From Spironucleus salmonicida (taxonomy: Eukaryota): DNA of 64,000 bases. A program made the position numbers and the translations under genes. Shown here in pieces: positions 23,627 to 39,100 of the stretch. The stretch's first letter is position 1. Each line of letters opens with the position of its first letter. The notes beneath the pieces were generated by a model, which saw only the letters and a program-made list of their open reading frames with translations, was not told the DNA's origin and searched no databases. The stretch spans positions 1,488,001 to 1,552,000 of the forward strand of contig NC_090598.1 of assembly GCF_000497125.1 (NCBI RefSeq), read 5' to 3'.

Positions 23627-25549
23627 ATGGATATTTAATCATTAGCTACAGATGAATAAATTACAAATGTATTATTTTAGAATTCATTATTATAGTTATA
23701 TAATGATTAATAGATATAGTTTTAAATATAATTTAAGCAATTAGCTTAAAACATATAAATATAATCCGTTTAGTAGAAAATGGGTTATTTTTTAGAAAAT
23801 TACGGTTATTTGGTTGAGTTAGACGATGGTTTCATTTAAAAAATATTTTCATTTATTAATTTAAATTACTAAGAAATTTCATTGCCAATAGCATAAATGT
23901 TATTAAATTTTTGCCGTTATTTCTTTATATGTAACTTAGAACCTGGTAATATGATCTATTTTTTAATTAATAATAAAATTCGGTATCTTAAAATCATTTA
24001 ATAAATAAATTAATTGACGATTTGTTAATAAGAATCTTCGTTATATGAATTAATGTTTTATCTTAACATTGAGATTTAGATTCCATAATCCTAAGTAATA
24101 TACACTACTACAATTGGAAAACTATATAAATTAACAATAGATTCAAGTTATTTATTAAATATTAGTACTGTTTTAAAAGAAATAGCTGAATATTGTTAGA
24201 AAGAAGAAGTTTAATCATTTACAGATTAGTTTGCCTATTGTTTATTATTATAAAATTTGTTTAATAGTTAAGTAAGAGAGAAGAACTAAGCTACTATGTC
24301 TTTACCTTAAACTTTGTCCATAATATGTAGTAGTAATATTTCTTTATTTTCAAAATATTTACTATTTTCAACCTTAGTGCAATATAACATCTTATATATT
24401 CCATTCTTACACTAAATTATTAAAGCTAAATTAACTAAACCAGTTAGTACAAACGAATAAATTTTATATTCGAAAATTTAGATAGTAATTTAAAGCTTTT
24501 ATTTAAGGCGTGAGGAAACAATAATGCAAGTTTAATACATTCCAAGTAGTTATATAGTGTAACCAGATACAATATTATAAGATGCTTTTCTTGCAATTAA
24601 AAATAATATTACTAATTTCAATTTCCTTATGCTAGTTATAAACTAATTAATAGAGCTGATAGGTATGAAAATTATGTCAAGTTCTCATTCATAATATTAA
24701 TTAAACGAAATTGAGTTGGTAGAATTATTTGACGTTGTAGTGGAATATAGTGCTAATAATGAAAATAATTTTTTATCAAAATTATTTGGAATACTATTAT
24801 CATTAATAAGTGTATTTTATATTTAGAATGGTTAATCTATTTCTATGATATAAGAACAATAATAATTTTTATTTTAATATAGTACAGTTATATTGTATTT
24901 TTAATCTCCATTATTAAAGTGCTATCTTAATTTGTTTACATTTACACGATACTTATAATATTCATAAAAATTTGCACTAGTATTAATTAAGAATACATTT
25001 AATCAAGAAAAACTATTTTAAATTAATCCATTCATAAATGATTAAAAGAAGCTAAATTTAGAACCTCCATAAAAATTATAGGACTTTTTATAACTAAGAT
25101 AAAAGTATAATGAGGTGGTAGATTAATGTAATATGTTATTAAAGAACCAAAAGAGCTGTCCCTAATCGAATAGTGCGAAGGAAGCTGAACACGCGTTGTG
25201 TGAAAAGTAATGCACAGATTTATAGTAAGAATTAGTTTAGTTAAGGTTAAAATTTGATATTGTTACAAATAGCAATTTATTAGCTTTAGAGGATAAAAGA
25301 TCTATTTAAATATAATTAGATATAAATGCATAAATAATTGATGTCCTTAAAGATCAAATAATGTAAAGCTAGGAAAGGTATATTTAGTTGCAAGAAAAGC
25401 TTACAAAAGAAAAAGTACAAATCAAGTAATTAATGTAAGAAAATGAGGCATTGTAACTAGATATTCATCATATAAATGAAGTTAACCGGGGTCTTCGTAT
25501 GGCATTTTAAAATATAAATAATATTATTTAGAATGTAGATTAAAAGTGA
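23627..25549 (+). CDS. Hypothetical protein with C-terminal coiled coil (~640 aa)
   Basis: ATG and AAG-TGA are in the same frame; Gln/Glu/Lys-rich heptads near the end. Interior not fully checked. Confidence 0.6.
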
Positions 25550-25598
25550 AATATTATATTATCATAGTTGATATTCCACTTCTTTACCCACTCTTAAA

Positions 25599-28418
25599 AT
25601 GTCGAACAAAATAGAGTTCCAATCACTAGAAGATATATAGAAGCAATTTAACTATACAACTGATACATAGAAGCTCCATACATTAGTTAACAAAATGTCT
25701 CATTTTATTACAGAAACAAATGTAGATTCATCAATCAACTTTTTTTTAAGACATATTATTCATTCAGATAAAGCAAAAGTATTAGTCTCATTATGTGCTT
25801 TATCTTACTTTCCACATATTCATGTCTTTATAGCAGCTGAAAAAATTCAGAAGCTTGCGATTATTTTGCTTACACCAACGTCTTCAAAATAAGCTAAACT
25901 ATCTAAAATATTAGCAGCAATTGGTATTTGCTATACATTAGAATCATTAAATTTTACATGTATTTCATTCCTTTTATAATTTGCTAAGTAGTTTTAAGGT
26001 ATGACATTAATATGTGAATTTACTTTATTTAATGTTTTTGAAAAATTCAATTTTGAAGATAAGAACGCTATAGCATAATAAGTATTTTAAACTTTACCTA
26101 TGCAAAATTGTTATAGATAATTTTAAGGTAATGAAAGCTAGGAGTTTGCTAATATACTTATAGAAGCCTTAGATTATTAAGATCATTGTTTTGTCTAAAA
26201 GTTTATAGTCGACTTTGCTCAGTATGACGATTAATTTTTAAGAGATGTTTTTGCCTTTATTAGACTGAGCGAGAAGAAATCTTTGATTTTGGGAGTTATT
26301 TAATAGATAATGATGACAGAGGCTCTTAAGGAGAAAAGTACTAGATTATTATTTGATATCGTTGAGGTCTAATCTTTATAATAAATGATTGAAGAATTAG
26401 TCTTAAGTTCAGATAAGGAAGATATTGTATATATCGAAAATTTGATTTAAGCCATTGGATTAACATAAAATACTGAATATAAAGACTAAATTGTTATTAA
26501 TGTGAGTAAAAGTAAAAAAATTATAAGTAACAAAGTTATTAATTCATTTGTCTGTTTTGTAAGTGACACGAATATAATGTAGATAATAGAAAACATATCT
26601 GAAATTCTAGAAGACATAACAAATTTTGACTGCATGAATATAGCAATTAATTTTATAGTTAATATTTGTAAAGTTAAATAAAGTTTAGGTTGCAATTTGT
26701 TTATAGCAACGATTAATGAATTATTTAGCGTAATTAGTTAAATCGATATTAAATTAAAAATTAAATAATGTATTTAAAGTGAAGACTAGAAAAATATAAT
26801 CTTAAGCAAGATGTATGGATTAGTAATTCATTAAAATACTTAAGTTTAATATATATCAGAACTTTTGTTATAAGGTTATTAATCTAAGATTTTTTCATCA
26901 TTTGATGTAGAAGAATCATTCAAAATTCTTTACAACTCGTTATAATTAATAAAATTTGATTCTAATATTTAAGAGTCTATTGAGATTGCTTAAATTTGTA
27001 AGGAGTGTATTTATTTTATGAGCATTCTAGCATTGTTTTAGACATAGTAATTTAAACCTTCTTTAAAGTTATTTAATTAAATTACCTTAATATTACACGA
27101 TAATTATACAAATGTTGAGAATATGATTGAACTTTTAGGAGAAAAGGTTGTTTGTTTTATCAATTCTTTTGTTTCTATACCTAACAGAATATTAAACAAT
27201 TTTAATATTTAAGTATTTAAAATGTTCTTGCCAATGTTTGATATATAAATAATTGGAAGAATTTGTTCAAATATAAATATTGATTATTTAATTGAATCAT
27301 AAGATATAGATGCTACTGGTGACTAAGATGATGAAGATCAAGAAATTATTGAAGACTAAATAGAATAAGAGGAACTTAGCGAAGTAGATTCTATTTAATC
27401 ACTTAATGAGGATGCTTATGATTAGGCTCTAGCAGCTTTAGTTCTTAATGTCAAAGAATAGGCAAAATTAAAACAGTAGCCTCATCAAATTGCTTTAAAA
27501 TCTTTAGATCTCTTAAGAACTTTTATAGATTAATAACCTAATTCACCACTTCTATATATGGTGTTATAGTCTCTGTTTAATTTTCTCTGTAATCCAATTG
27601 GCGATACAAAGAAGCTATAAAAGTATGACAAAAATTTATTAGAAACATGTATTAATAAAGCCAAATTGATTATTGATAGTGTTGTATAAAACAAAAAACT
27701 TAAAAGCATTATAACTGCTGATGAATTATATGATGATCATAGATAGTTATTAATAGGAGAATGGATAGAATAGTTATAATAGTATATTAAAACTCGCAGC
27801 ACTTATTCGCCAGTTGCACTTAAGATTATAAAATTAGTATGTTTTGCATTAGTCAATACGAAGCAGGAACAATTGATATAATAATCTAACTTAGATTTAT
27901 TAAATTTATTTACAATGCTATCAAGTTTTATTATATAAGAAAAGGTTGTTCTTACAAAAGAGTTTTATTTAGATTTCTATTCAGTATAATTTAATGCATA
28001 CTATCCTTAGTTTACGTAAATTTTAATATAATAGATTAGTTAGTTATAATCAATTAAATCTGGTCTACTGGCTATTGGAATTTTGTAAGCTTTGTTTACA
28101 ACACGTTCTGTAGAAGTAACTACTGATGAGAAATAATAATTTATCAAATAATTAGTTAATTTTGTAATAAATGAAAGCAAAAAACAATTTGAGTAAGATT
28201 TCATTGGTAAGGATAGATAATATTAATTATCCATTCTAAAATAGTTATTGAATGATACGTGTAAGTTCTTAATTTCTACTGGAAAAAGAATTTCTATTTC
28301 TTTAAAAGATATTAATGTTGAAGCTCAAGCAAACTATTAATTTTGTAAAAATTGTAATATAAAAGATAACCAATAGATTTTATCATATCTTCTTAAAATA
28401 ATTGAGCTTACGAAGTGA
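25599..28418 (+). CDS. Helical-repeat protein, possibly Pol5/MYBBP1A (DNA pol phi family)-like (~939 aa)
   Basis: Acidic tract then AYDQALAALV..IALKSLDLLRTFIDQQPNSPLL, resembling the MYBBP1A/Pol5 core by recall; includes track ORF 25695. Confidence 0.5.
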
Positions 28419-29214
28419 AAGTTTATTTAATACATAATTTATTATTCGTTTAATTTCACAATCTTCCACTATCAATGCAAACTATTTATATACAGTAACT
28501 TATATGAAATGATACTAAATATTATATTTGTAAATAAAATATACAAATGTACTATGAAATTAAAACACTGAATTACACCCAATTATTAAATAATGCTTAT
28601 ATTAAAATTGATAATAAGTTATAAATACAATTTAATACAGTTCTCTGTATTAATGTAGTAGTAGATAATCTGATAAATAGTACCTCGATATTATAATATT
28701 GAAATACTATAAGCTATTATCATTTGAAATCATAGTTATAATTGATTATAAGATAACTTTGATTTATAATAAATATTTTGACGTATATGAAACTGAAGAA
28801 TAATTGTAATTAGTATTGATAATATATTAACCAAAATCTTCAAATTTTCATGATGTATTTTTAAATATACTAATTTGATATTAAGTAAAATCATATCTAT
28901 TTTAATTAACTCTAAATTATTATACTATAGTGAATATTCAGTATATATTGATATTGTAGGATATTTGATTTTAGAAAATTAAAGAATATTTTCTTAATAT
29001 AGAATCAATAAGTTTAATTAGTAGCCCGATAATCAATAATTAAGAGTTCACCATTAAAGCTCAATATTTTACTGATTTTAAATATTTAGATAGAACAGAA
29101 ATATTTATTTAATTTTACATTATTTCTTTAAATGATATTTTTTTATTAGTATATTTTCAAATTAAACTATATGAATTAATATATATTAGTTTACATATTT
29201 GCAGACTATAATTA

Positions 29215-30138
29215 ATGTAAGATACAAAATAATTAAGTTATGAGTAGTAAATTATAGGATAATAAGTATAAATTTAAGAGTTTATTATTTAATAGGAAGC
29301 TTATAAGTCTAAATTAAAATCTGAAATAAAAGATATATAAACAAAAATTAATTCGTATAAATAAGTAATAATACCAGATGAGATTCTATAGCTCTAAAAG
29401 GAAATTTAATAAAAATAAAGTAAAATACTAAAAGAATCAGAAAATGTCATTAACTAAGTGAAAAAAGATTAGCATTTACAATAATTGGAACAAGAACAAA
29501 GCTAGAAATAAATATAATTGAAAACAAAGCCTAATTATACAGCTGGCTATTTCAATTAACTGAAGCAAGAAAAAAATAGGTTAAATAATGATATTGCAGA
29601 TGCAGAAAAACAGATGCTATAATGTTTAGAGTAAATTGAAGAAGCTTAAAAAGAAGAAAGAAATTTGAAATAATAATTAGTTTATAAAGAAGTTACAGAT
29701 GAGTCCAGCTCAGAATTATTTGACCATGATAAAATGGTGGAAAACTTATAGTAAGTAGATACAGAACTACCATAAAATAAAGAACGTTATAGAAATTCAG
29801 TTAAAATTAGATCTTCATCACCAATACCAAAAAATATACATTCAAAATGCTAGGCATTATTAAAAACGTATAAAAATAGAACATTAATAATCAAGTAAGC
29901 AATTAAAAAGATGAAAGTCGATTTTGAAATAATAATCGAGAAAACAATTAAAGCTTTAAGAGAGTGCGAAATGTTAGAATCATTTTATATTAACGGCGAG
30001 TTAGCGTTGAACTAAGACGAAAAGGAGTAACTTGCAGCACGAATAGCAGAAGATTAAGGATTTGTCACGGCATTAATTAGAATTAGTTTATAAGGAAGCA
30101 ATAACGTAGGTTTATTAAAATAGGATCATATTTACTGA
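29215..30138 (+). CDS. Hypothetical coiled-coil protein (~307 aa)
   Basis: Open frame, Q/E/K-rich, ends TAC-TGA. Confidence 0.65.
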
Positions 30139-30184
30139 TATTTACTATTATATATAATATATAAACAATTTTTCATTTTTAATA

Positions 30185-33100
30185 ATGGAGGACAAAGTAT
30201 ATATGTTTATTAAATCATTTTATGATGAACGATTTCATTAGTGCCTTAGAGAATAACTTTAAAATTTAGAAAGAACGCAAGATTTATATCAAATTAGAGA
30301 AATTTAGCTCATTTAAGTGTCATCAGAAGAAGATAAAATGTTGAGTAGCATTAATTATAATATTATTATTAATTAACCATCAAAAGTATTTTACATATAT
30401 GGACAACTAATTGGGGATTTTAACAAATAAACATTACTCAGATAATTGTCATTTATGATAGAACAAAATGCACATCAAGAGGTTAATTCATTTATACCTA
30501 AACTTAAATAATTAGATTAGTTAATACAAGTATATAAATTAACTGAAATAATATTAATGCCAACACTATACAATATTTACAATATTTCTAATTTTGCAAA
30601 ATTCTTTAGTGTTATTTAATTAAAGTTATAGTAAAATGAGTTATTATAATTTGTAGACTATGGATAGTTGTTTCCTAATATACCAGTTAGTATAACGGAA
30701 ACTTCAATCATAAAGTCTTATTAGAACTTTTTTTAGTATTAAGCTAGAAAAAAACTAAAAATTACTCAGAATATAAAAATTTCAAGCTAAATTTCTGGAA
30801 ATATTATTAAAATTACTCCAAAAAATAAGTAGGTCATAATTTTAGCTACAAAAATATTATATATTTTATTAGAAACTTACCTTTAATAACTTATTAATAT
30901 AGAACAATCAACATCTATGACTGGAATAAATGTAACCTATTAACAAATTATATTATAATTTTAAAAAAGTTAATTTAATCTTAGTTAAATATTTACTCTA
31001 TTAAAGTAATAAGAATTTTTATAAATTTTTGATGTTCTTTAATAATATAGATATTCAATATAAATGGGGCTATTTTCGGCATTACCATAGTTAAATAGTT
31101 AAATTGATGAATCATTGAAATTAATAGATGATTTATTTGACTGTAAATAGACATTATTTATTGCTTTAGATAATCATGAAATATAATTAACAAAGACAAT
31201 TTAATTATACTAGTAGCTGTCTTAACATTTATGGCTTATTAATAATCCTGATGTTAAAATAAAATTAATATTTAGTTATTTTAATCGAAAAGTGGAATAA
31301 AGATATTATTTTAAATCTAAAGGTTTTATATGCTTACTACTAGAAATATAATAGTTTTATTTAAATTCTTTTGATAATATTTAAATTATAATACTAAATA
31401 ACAAAAAATTATTAAATTTAACTGAGTTTGAGACAATGCAAATAATAAACGTTGTTATCAATGATATTGTAAATTTTTTAAAGATATTATTAAGTAATTT
31501 AATATAATTTATATTTACACGAGTAAGTTAGTTTTAAATTGATCTAGGATCAAGCTTACTTATTTCTTAGTCATCTAAAGAATTTTAAACGGTACTATCT
31601 ATAGATAAATAGATTATTGAATTTTATAATTCATAACCAAATGCAATTTCTCTTTTAAGATCTTTATTATTAATAAATGGCTAGGACTTTTAAAAATATT
31701 ACGCTTAGGATAATGATTTTATATTCGAAGATTTTAATGATTACTATAGTTAATAGGTATTAGAAATAACAGGGTAAGATTTATTATTGATGAATTTTTA
31801 AGAGTATGTTTTACTAGGCCCAGGATTGGTATAGATTTTTATTAAAATAAACCATCTGGCATATGTTATAACAAGCTAATTAAAAAGTATGATAATGAAT
31901 CTTAGATAACAGTAATTAAAAGAAGTAAGTATTAAAATGGAATAAGTTTTTAAATCCATCTAAAATGATCTTAACCTGTTTGATAGTTAAATAATTTTAT
32001 CATTAGAATATATTAAATATTTAAAAACGATTAACTAATATTCATAGGTTAAGTTTTTGGGTAAATTAGATTTAAGAGAAATTATCTTGCATAAATAGTT
32101 AGATACAGATAATAATGTATCTTCACTTATACCATTATAAGAAGAATAGCTAAACTACAATAATCTATAATTTACATCTTAACTTATTGAGTAAGAATTA
32201 TCATTTCTATTAGAAGACTTATAAGTTGATGTCATATCATAATTTTTAACAGCAATTGATTATTATTTCTTAGAATTTCATTAGTTTACTTTAGATTTTG
32301 TCGAAAAACTTCATCAAAATAATAATACAGCAACAACTGAAAAATTTTTCAATGAAAATGATATTTAAATGTCTTCATCACTAAAAATATTCAACTAAAA
32401 TAAAAACTTAATTAATGTACAAGGGGGATCTTGGACAAGAGTCTAAAATATTTCTTAATATGCGGATTTATTTGGATTTAATTTATATACATAAGAAACG
32501 GAACGATTTTAGATTTATTAATAGAATATAGTAGATTTTAATATTATTCTTTCAAAATCTTTGCTAAATATTATTTAATCTTAACTATAATTGAAAGAGA
32601 ATTTAGATTTGGATATACAGTTAAAATTTTTAGGAAAAATTTCTAGTCCCATATCTTAGAAAAATAATAATCTAATAGATTTATAATTTTAAAAGAGCTT
32701 CATTTCTATTGTAAATAAATTAGGAATTTATCTAAAAAATTCAGAATAGTATGTAATAAATATTATACAGAAGAAAGAGCAAGAATTTTAATACATATTG
32801 AAGTCTACATTGAAATCACCATTTACTGTTACTAATTTACCTTCTATTGTTTTATACTTATCACATATTTATAGAAACATTGTTGGTATTAATAGATCTG
32901 TGGAATCTGTTTAAAATATGATGAAAAAGTTTCCATCAAATGAAGATTTTGATATAATACTTTTACGATCATTAGATTTAACTAATAATACTAGTATTTT
33001 ACTATAATCTTTTTTTAAGTTATGGCAGTAATCCCGCATAACTTCATTTTTTAAAAAATAATTATAAGACCCACTACTAAAAAATAATATACAATATAAT

Positions 33101-36100
33101 TCTAAGAATTTATTAGTTGAAGATAATATCAGTTTTGCTTTATATGACAGATTTAACTATTGTTTTTCGTAGGTTCTATAACATTTATACACATAAGCTC
33201 AAGATTCAATACATATACTACTGTTATTTAAAGAGATGAATTATTAGATTAATTACCCTGAAGCATTATTTAAAACAAGTTTCGAGTTAACATGCTTATC
33301 TAGACTTTAGTTTTTTAAGCCTTAAAAAGAATATCATAAATTTATATTAATAGCTCAAGAATCTTAGTAAAGTGTTCCAGTATTATAAAAGATTCTGTCA
33401 TATAGATCATAGATTATCAATTTATTGGGAATTTAATAAATTTTTGCAGATATGTTTATTTATTAAGTTATAGATTTAGAGATATAGTTAATTGATCTAT
33501 CTTTCCTAGTTACATGGAGTTCGGTTAGATCTTAAAATTCAATAAATAAGTTACTAGAACTATATACTGAACTTTTTTAGATAATTAAGTTTACTATTTA
33601 AAAGTTTAAATAAATGTATAATCCATTCCTATAAGATGTTTATTAAGATTTTACAGATATTATTATGGAAAGAATATAGAAGCTAATTATTGGTGAAAAT
33701 AAACTATCATTTGTTTAAATACAAGTTTTATTTCTAGACATGGTAAAATAGCATTTTTAAAATATTCATATTTCATATACTAATCTTTTTTAAATTACTT
33801 AATTTATTAAAACTTAAATAAAGTCAATTTCATCAACATCATTATTATTTTTCATACTTCTTATTAATAGTAATCGGTAAATGTATCTACTATAGAAATT
33901 GTATAGTAGTATGACACTTGTAGACTTAATTTAGTCACATTAAAATATTTCATTATAATTAGCTCATCCATTCTATGACTATCTAAATAGTTAAATAGAA
34001 ATACAGTTTATAGAAATGATTTAAAAGGAAGTTATTAAAAGTTATTGTAGGTTTATTACATAATTCTTTATATTTATATTAGAGCAAGATTATTTTGAAT
34101 TTAATATTAATGTGGAAAATGATTAAATTAGTATATACCCATCAATTAACAAAATTTAATGTTAATTTTTAAAATTAATTTAAGATTCATACAAAATAGT
34201 ATTCAACAGTACATTATTTAATTTATCATTAGATGACCATTAAAATTTCATTGAATTAAAGTTATATATTTTATTTTATAAAATTGAAAATATTATTCAA
34301 AAAAAGATAGATAATAGCTAAAATATTATTCAACATATAAATATTAATATAAAAAATAGAAATTAAGTGTTAGAAGAACCAACAATTCATCAAATTTTTA
34401 TTTAAGAAAAAGAAATGACAGAATTTATTAAAATATCATAATTGGAATAAGAGATTTGTGCAAAAGTTTCTACAATATAGTAGTTATAAACAAAATAACT
34501 AGATTTAGAGCTATAATTTTCAAAAATGAAATGGATAAATACTAAGCATATATCATTATCTTTTAGATTATAAACATACTAGAACTAACTATAGTAGTCT
34601 AACTTAGTTAGAATAAATATATCTTAGCTGTTATAAAATTTAGAGATATTTTTATAAACTTTTTATTTTTGTAATTATAATTTATCTAAATATGAACAGG
34701 TAAATTCATATATATAAAGTTTAATTTATGGAACCGATTAATTAGAGATCTTATACCAACGCTCTCAGCATATTGATAATGTAATTAAATCAAACATTAC
34801 CTTAATTGGAAAAAGATAATATGTATTTTTTGATAGTTAATTTGAATATTTTGTCTAAAAATTTTATAAAACAGATGAGCAATTTATTTATAATTTATAA
34901 TAAGTATTAGATTCTGTTAGATTGAAATGTGAAACATAAAGGTAAAGTCTTTAAAACCTTAGCAAAAATTTAACTTAGTATTTATTGCGATCTTGTGATG
35001 ATATTGTTGCTTCATTTTAAATTACATACAATCAATACTATACTAATGGTCCTACGTAATATTATACTAGCAATTTTACCAAAGAGAGTTTAGGTGTCTT
35101 AGTATAGTTACTTTTATCAACAGATAAGAAAAAATTTATTAAACGGAAGGAATAAACTTCAGTGTATTATGAATAGATATTATCAAGCCAAAATTTTTAA
35201 ATTATTAGCTTACATGATATAACTAAGTATTTATTAGGCTTTAAGCATAACGATATCTTTATAGTTGATTCTTAGACTAATATATTTATTTTAAGTGAAG
35301 AACCTAGTCATATTTCCTCAGCAAAAATATAGTACTTAAATAATAATTAAATTAGTTTGTAGATGTTAAATTAAGAGCTTGCATCGAATATAGATATTGT
35401 AATTCAATAAGTATTTGAAAATGTATTTGATATCAGTTTGAACGAATAATATATCTTATTTTCTGGTTATATTTTTCCGAATAAATTAGACTATTTTAAT
35501 GATTGTACTTAAAAGTCTATTGACTTGAACAAAAGTTTTTAGTATATTTTTAGTTCATAATAACTTAAGATTAATTAGCTTTAGATTTTAATAAAAATAT
35601 AAACAATATATGCAGTTCAAGGACAATTACCTATAGAATAAATAATTAGATTAGTTAAGTATATAGATTAGTTGGACCAACTTTTTAGAGTAATCCTTCA
35701 AACAAATACTATTATATAATAATTTTATAGAATTAAGGCTTAAATTTTATTTTCTCCGTTGCATTCTCAGTCTAGCTAGCTTTGGTATCCTGGTAAAAGT
35801 AATGCTAATACTGTTTTGTAATTTTTCATATAATAATTAACAGAATAGATCAGTATTCTACATTAATTGATCGTTAGTTTTGATCTTATTTATTCTAAAT
35901 AGTTTTTTGTTTTTGCCAAACTTATTTATTTTATTTATTATTCTTTTAAAGAAGTTATATTAAAATCATTTTCAATTGTTAATGACTATAAGTATGATTT
36001 TTTAAAGTAAGCATTTATCGAAGAGAAAATTTAAAGAGTAGAAACTATTGGAGATATAATAGAGTTGTATTTTAGACCTGAAAATTTTATGATCACAATT

Positions 36101-39100
36101 TAGCACATAAGTGAGTTTTCGCTATCATATAATTAAAATGAAAAATTTAGTGCACTCAAGCAAAATGTTTTATAGTTACATGTTGATGTTAATAAAGTTT
36201 TATAAAATCATTTAAGTACAAACAGTGTTATACTCATTTAGTTATCTAGCAGAATTAAAGAGTATCAACAGTAAATTTAATTAAATGTTAATGATTTATA
36301 AGTAAAATAAATTGTCTAATTTAGGTAGTTAGAAGAGTTTTATGATGTAATATCGTTTGAATTAAAGATATTAGAAGTTATTATTAGTTCTTATTATAGT
36401 TTTAAGTAAGTTTTTGAGTTACTTAGTAATATTGATTAATTTAGTTTTGACTTAATTGCATACTAGTAGATTAATAATTTTGTTTAAAATTTAGGATATA
36501 CATTTAGAAATAATATATATACTCAAAATGTTTAGTCAATTTTTGATTTTTATGATTAGAGTAAAAAAGAAAAAATTTATCATATTTAAAATATCCATTT
36601 AGCAAAATTTTAATATCAGGACGATATCACCTAGGACCAATATTAGATTCCATTATTTTAATTAAAAACGTAATAAAATGAAATTATACCTACAATTAAT
36701 CCTATAGCACATGGATTTTATGATAATTACATTTATTGTAATGATAATTTTAATTTAATTCAGCAAAAAGATGGTACAACAAAAGGCTTATAACCTTAAT
36801 TTTTAGGGTTTTTTGCATAAAGGTAAGGAACATTTTCATAAGAATTAGGATAACCTTCTATTTTAGTAAATTTGTAAAAAACTTAGTAGGGTTCTTATGA
36901 TTTATTAATTAATGATATTTAGGGACTAATTAATGTTATCTATCTTTTTAAAAATGCTTGGTCATAATTTATCGACAGATTTTTGAGCCAATCAAATTTT
37001 AAAATGCTATCCAAAAAATAATTTCCTTTAATATTATCAGATATTTAAGGTGTAAGTGTATTATTTTAGTAGACTATATAATAGTATACTAAGTTGTATA
37101 AGTCTTATTGTTCGTATAATAATGAATTGCTTAAGATATAGATAGATAATTTTCATACACTATTTTTATCAAAATAATAGTAATTTCCATAAATATCAGA
37201 AGAATAATATAATAAATATATTGAGATTTAATAGTATTTCTTCGATAAATAATTAATTGGCCTTTAAAATATCAATTTGTTTGATAATATAAGCTTTTAA
37301 TAATTATCCATACTATTAGGATTAGAAATTCAGTCTATTATATTATGCAATTAACATATTATAGGAATATTATTATCATCGAACTACATTTTACTATTTA
37401 AGAATAAGATATTATTCTATTTAAATAATCATTAGCTTTCTCTAGCGTTTGTTTTCAATTTTTGTAGATAAGAAATTATTAATACATTATAAATACTTCG
37501 AATTTAGATTTCAATAAAATTAGGCTTGATAAGGCCTTATAATTTTGCTTTTATAATTAACTAACGCTTAAATTTAGATATATCTTAAGTTTATTTTGAG
37601 TCAATGAAAGTTCTTACCAATGTTGCTAACTAAGTTTCTAAGAATATTGTTTCAATTATAAAGGATTCAACGCCGTTATTATTTATGGGAGATATATAAT
37701 TTATATTTTTTGATTTTAAAGAAACTAACAGTCCCTTTTACTAGTTCTTTTAACGTGAAAGTATTATAAATTTTAAATATTTAAATATTGCCCCGGATAC
37801 TATTTATTTTTAATTGATTACATGTTTAATAACCTTATTAGTTAGTGCATGTTATATTTCAGAATATCAAATAGTTTAATAGTATTATTATAAGTAAATT
37901 GATGATATTATGTTATAACTAAGTAATAATGCATAATTAGAAGGAAATACAGAAAGACTTTATTTTTTATAAATTTTATAATAATAACTTCTGTAATCTA
38001 ATGAAGGGGTATTAAAGGAATATGTTTTTAAAATACTTAATGACTAATAAATTTATATTAGTACTTTAGAGTAATAACCATTATTTAGTGAAATTTTAAA
38101 GAAATAGATAAATAAGGCAATCGATGAATAAGTTAACGATGAGTCATTTACTGAGGTTTAAGTATTAAAAGTAATAAAATAACAATTATTTTATTAAGAT
38201 GTAGACTGCATAGAATTACTTAAGCGATTTGAAACTCTACTTAAAAGAATATTTATTATACACCAAATAGCATATTCATTAACCTTAAATTTAAAGGATA
38301 CTATTTTTATTTCTGGTTATTTTGAAAAAATTCCATCGATATCATTTTCTTAATATCATAAATTATTTGTAGTTAAAGAATAACAAAATATAGGCAATAC
38401 TATATAAAGCTAAAGTAAATAATTATAATTTTCTATGAGAAATTCCATCCCTATTAATTCATAAGTATTTTTTGATTCACCATTTTATAAATTCAGACCA
38501 TTTATTTTCGAAGATTAGTATGAAATTTTTTATCAGCTTAATTCTTTTAAAATGCATATAAATTTAGTAGGTAAATAGTTAACAGGGCTTGTAAAACCAT
38601 AATAATACAAATTTAGTAATTATTCAGCAAAAGATTTCTATGAATGTTTACTAGAATTATCTTCAATTTTTACGCATAATGTACCACTAGTTTTAGGTTC
38701 TATTAACAATCATACATTATATTTATTTGGTAGTATTACAGGGCTATATATACTAATTTTGGATAATTTAGATGATCTTAATATTATTTCATAAAAGTTT
38801 TTGATATTAATTAATGACTAGCCAGATTTACCTGCTTTAATAAATACTTTTTATATTAACCAGTAAAATGGAATATACTCTACCAAGAACAAAGATATCA
38901 TAGAATAAACTTATTCATAAAATATTGTCGTCAGTTAAATAATTATCCAATCAAAATCTTTACAATCATTTAGATAGTCATGTTAATTTGCGTCTTAAGA
39001 AAGAATTGATTTTAATGCTTTATTGTTTAAGATGGATTTTAGAGATTATAGTTCAAAAATTATAGCAAAATTTATAATGTAAAATTAACATCAAATAGCC

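Noticed and set aside
28440-29200. Possible gene between 28418 and 29215
   Set aside because: The frames I tried hit TGA early; no supportable call. Nothing recognisable was seen in 20100-21370 either.
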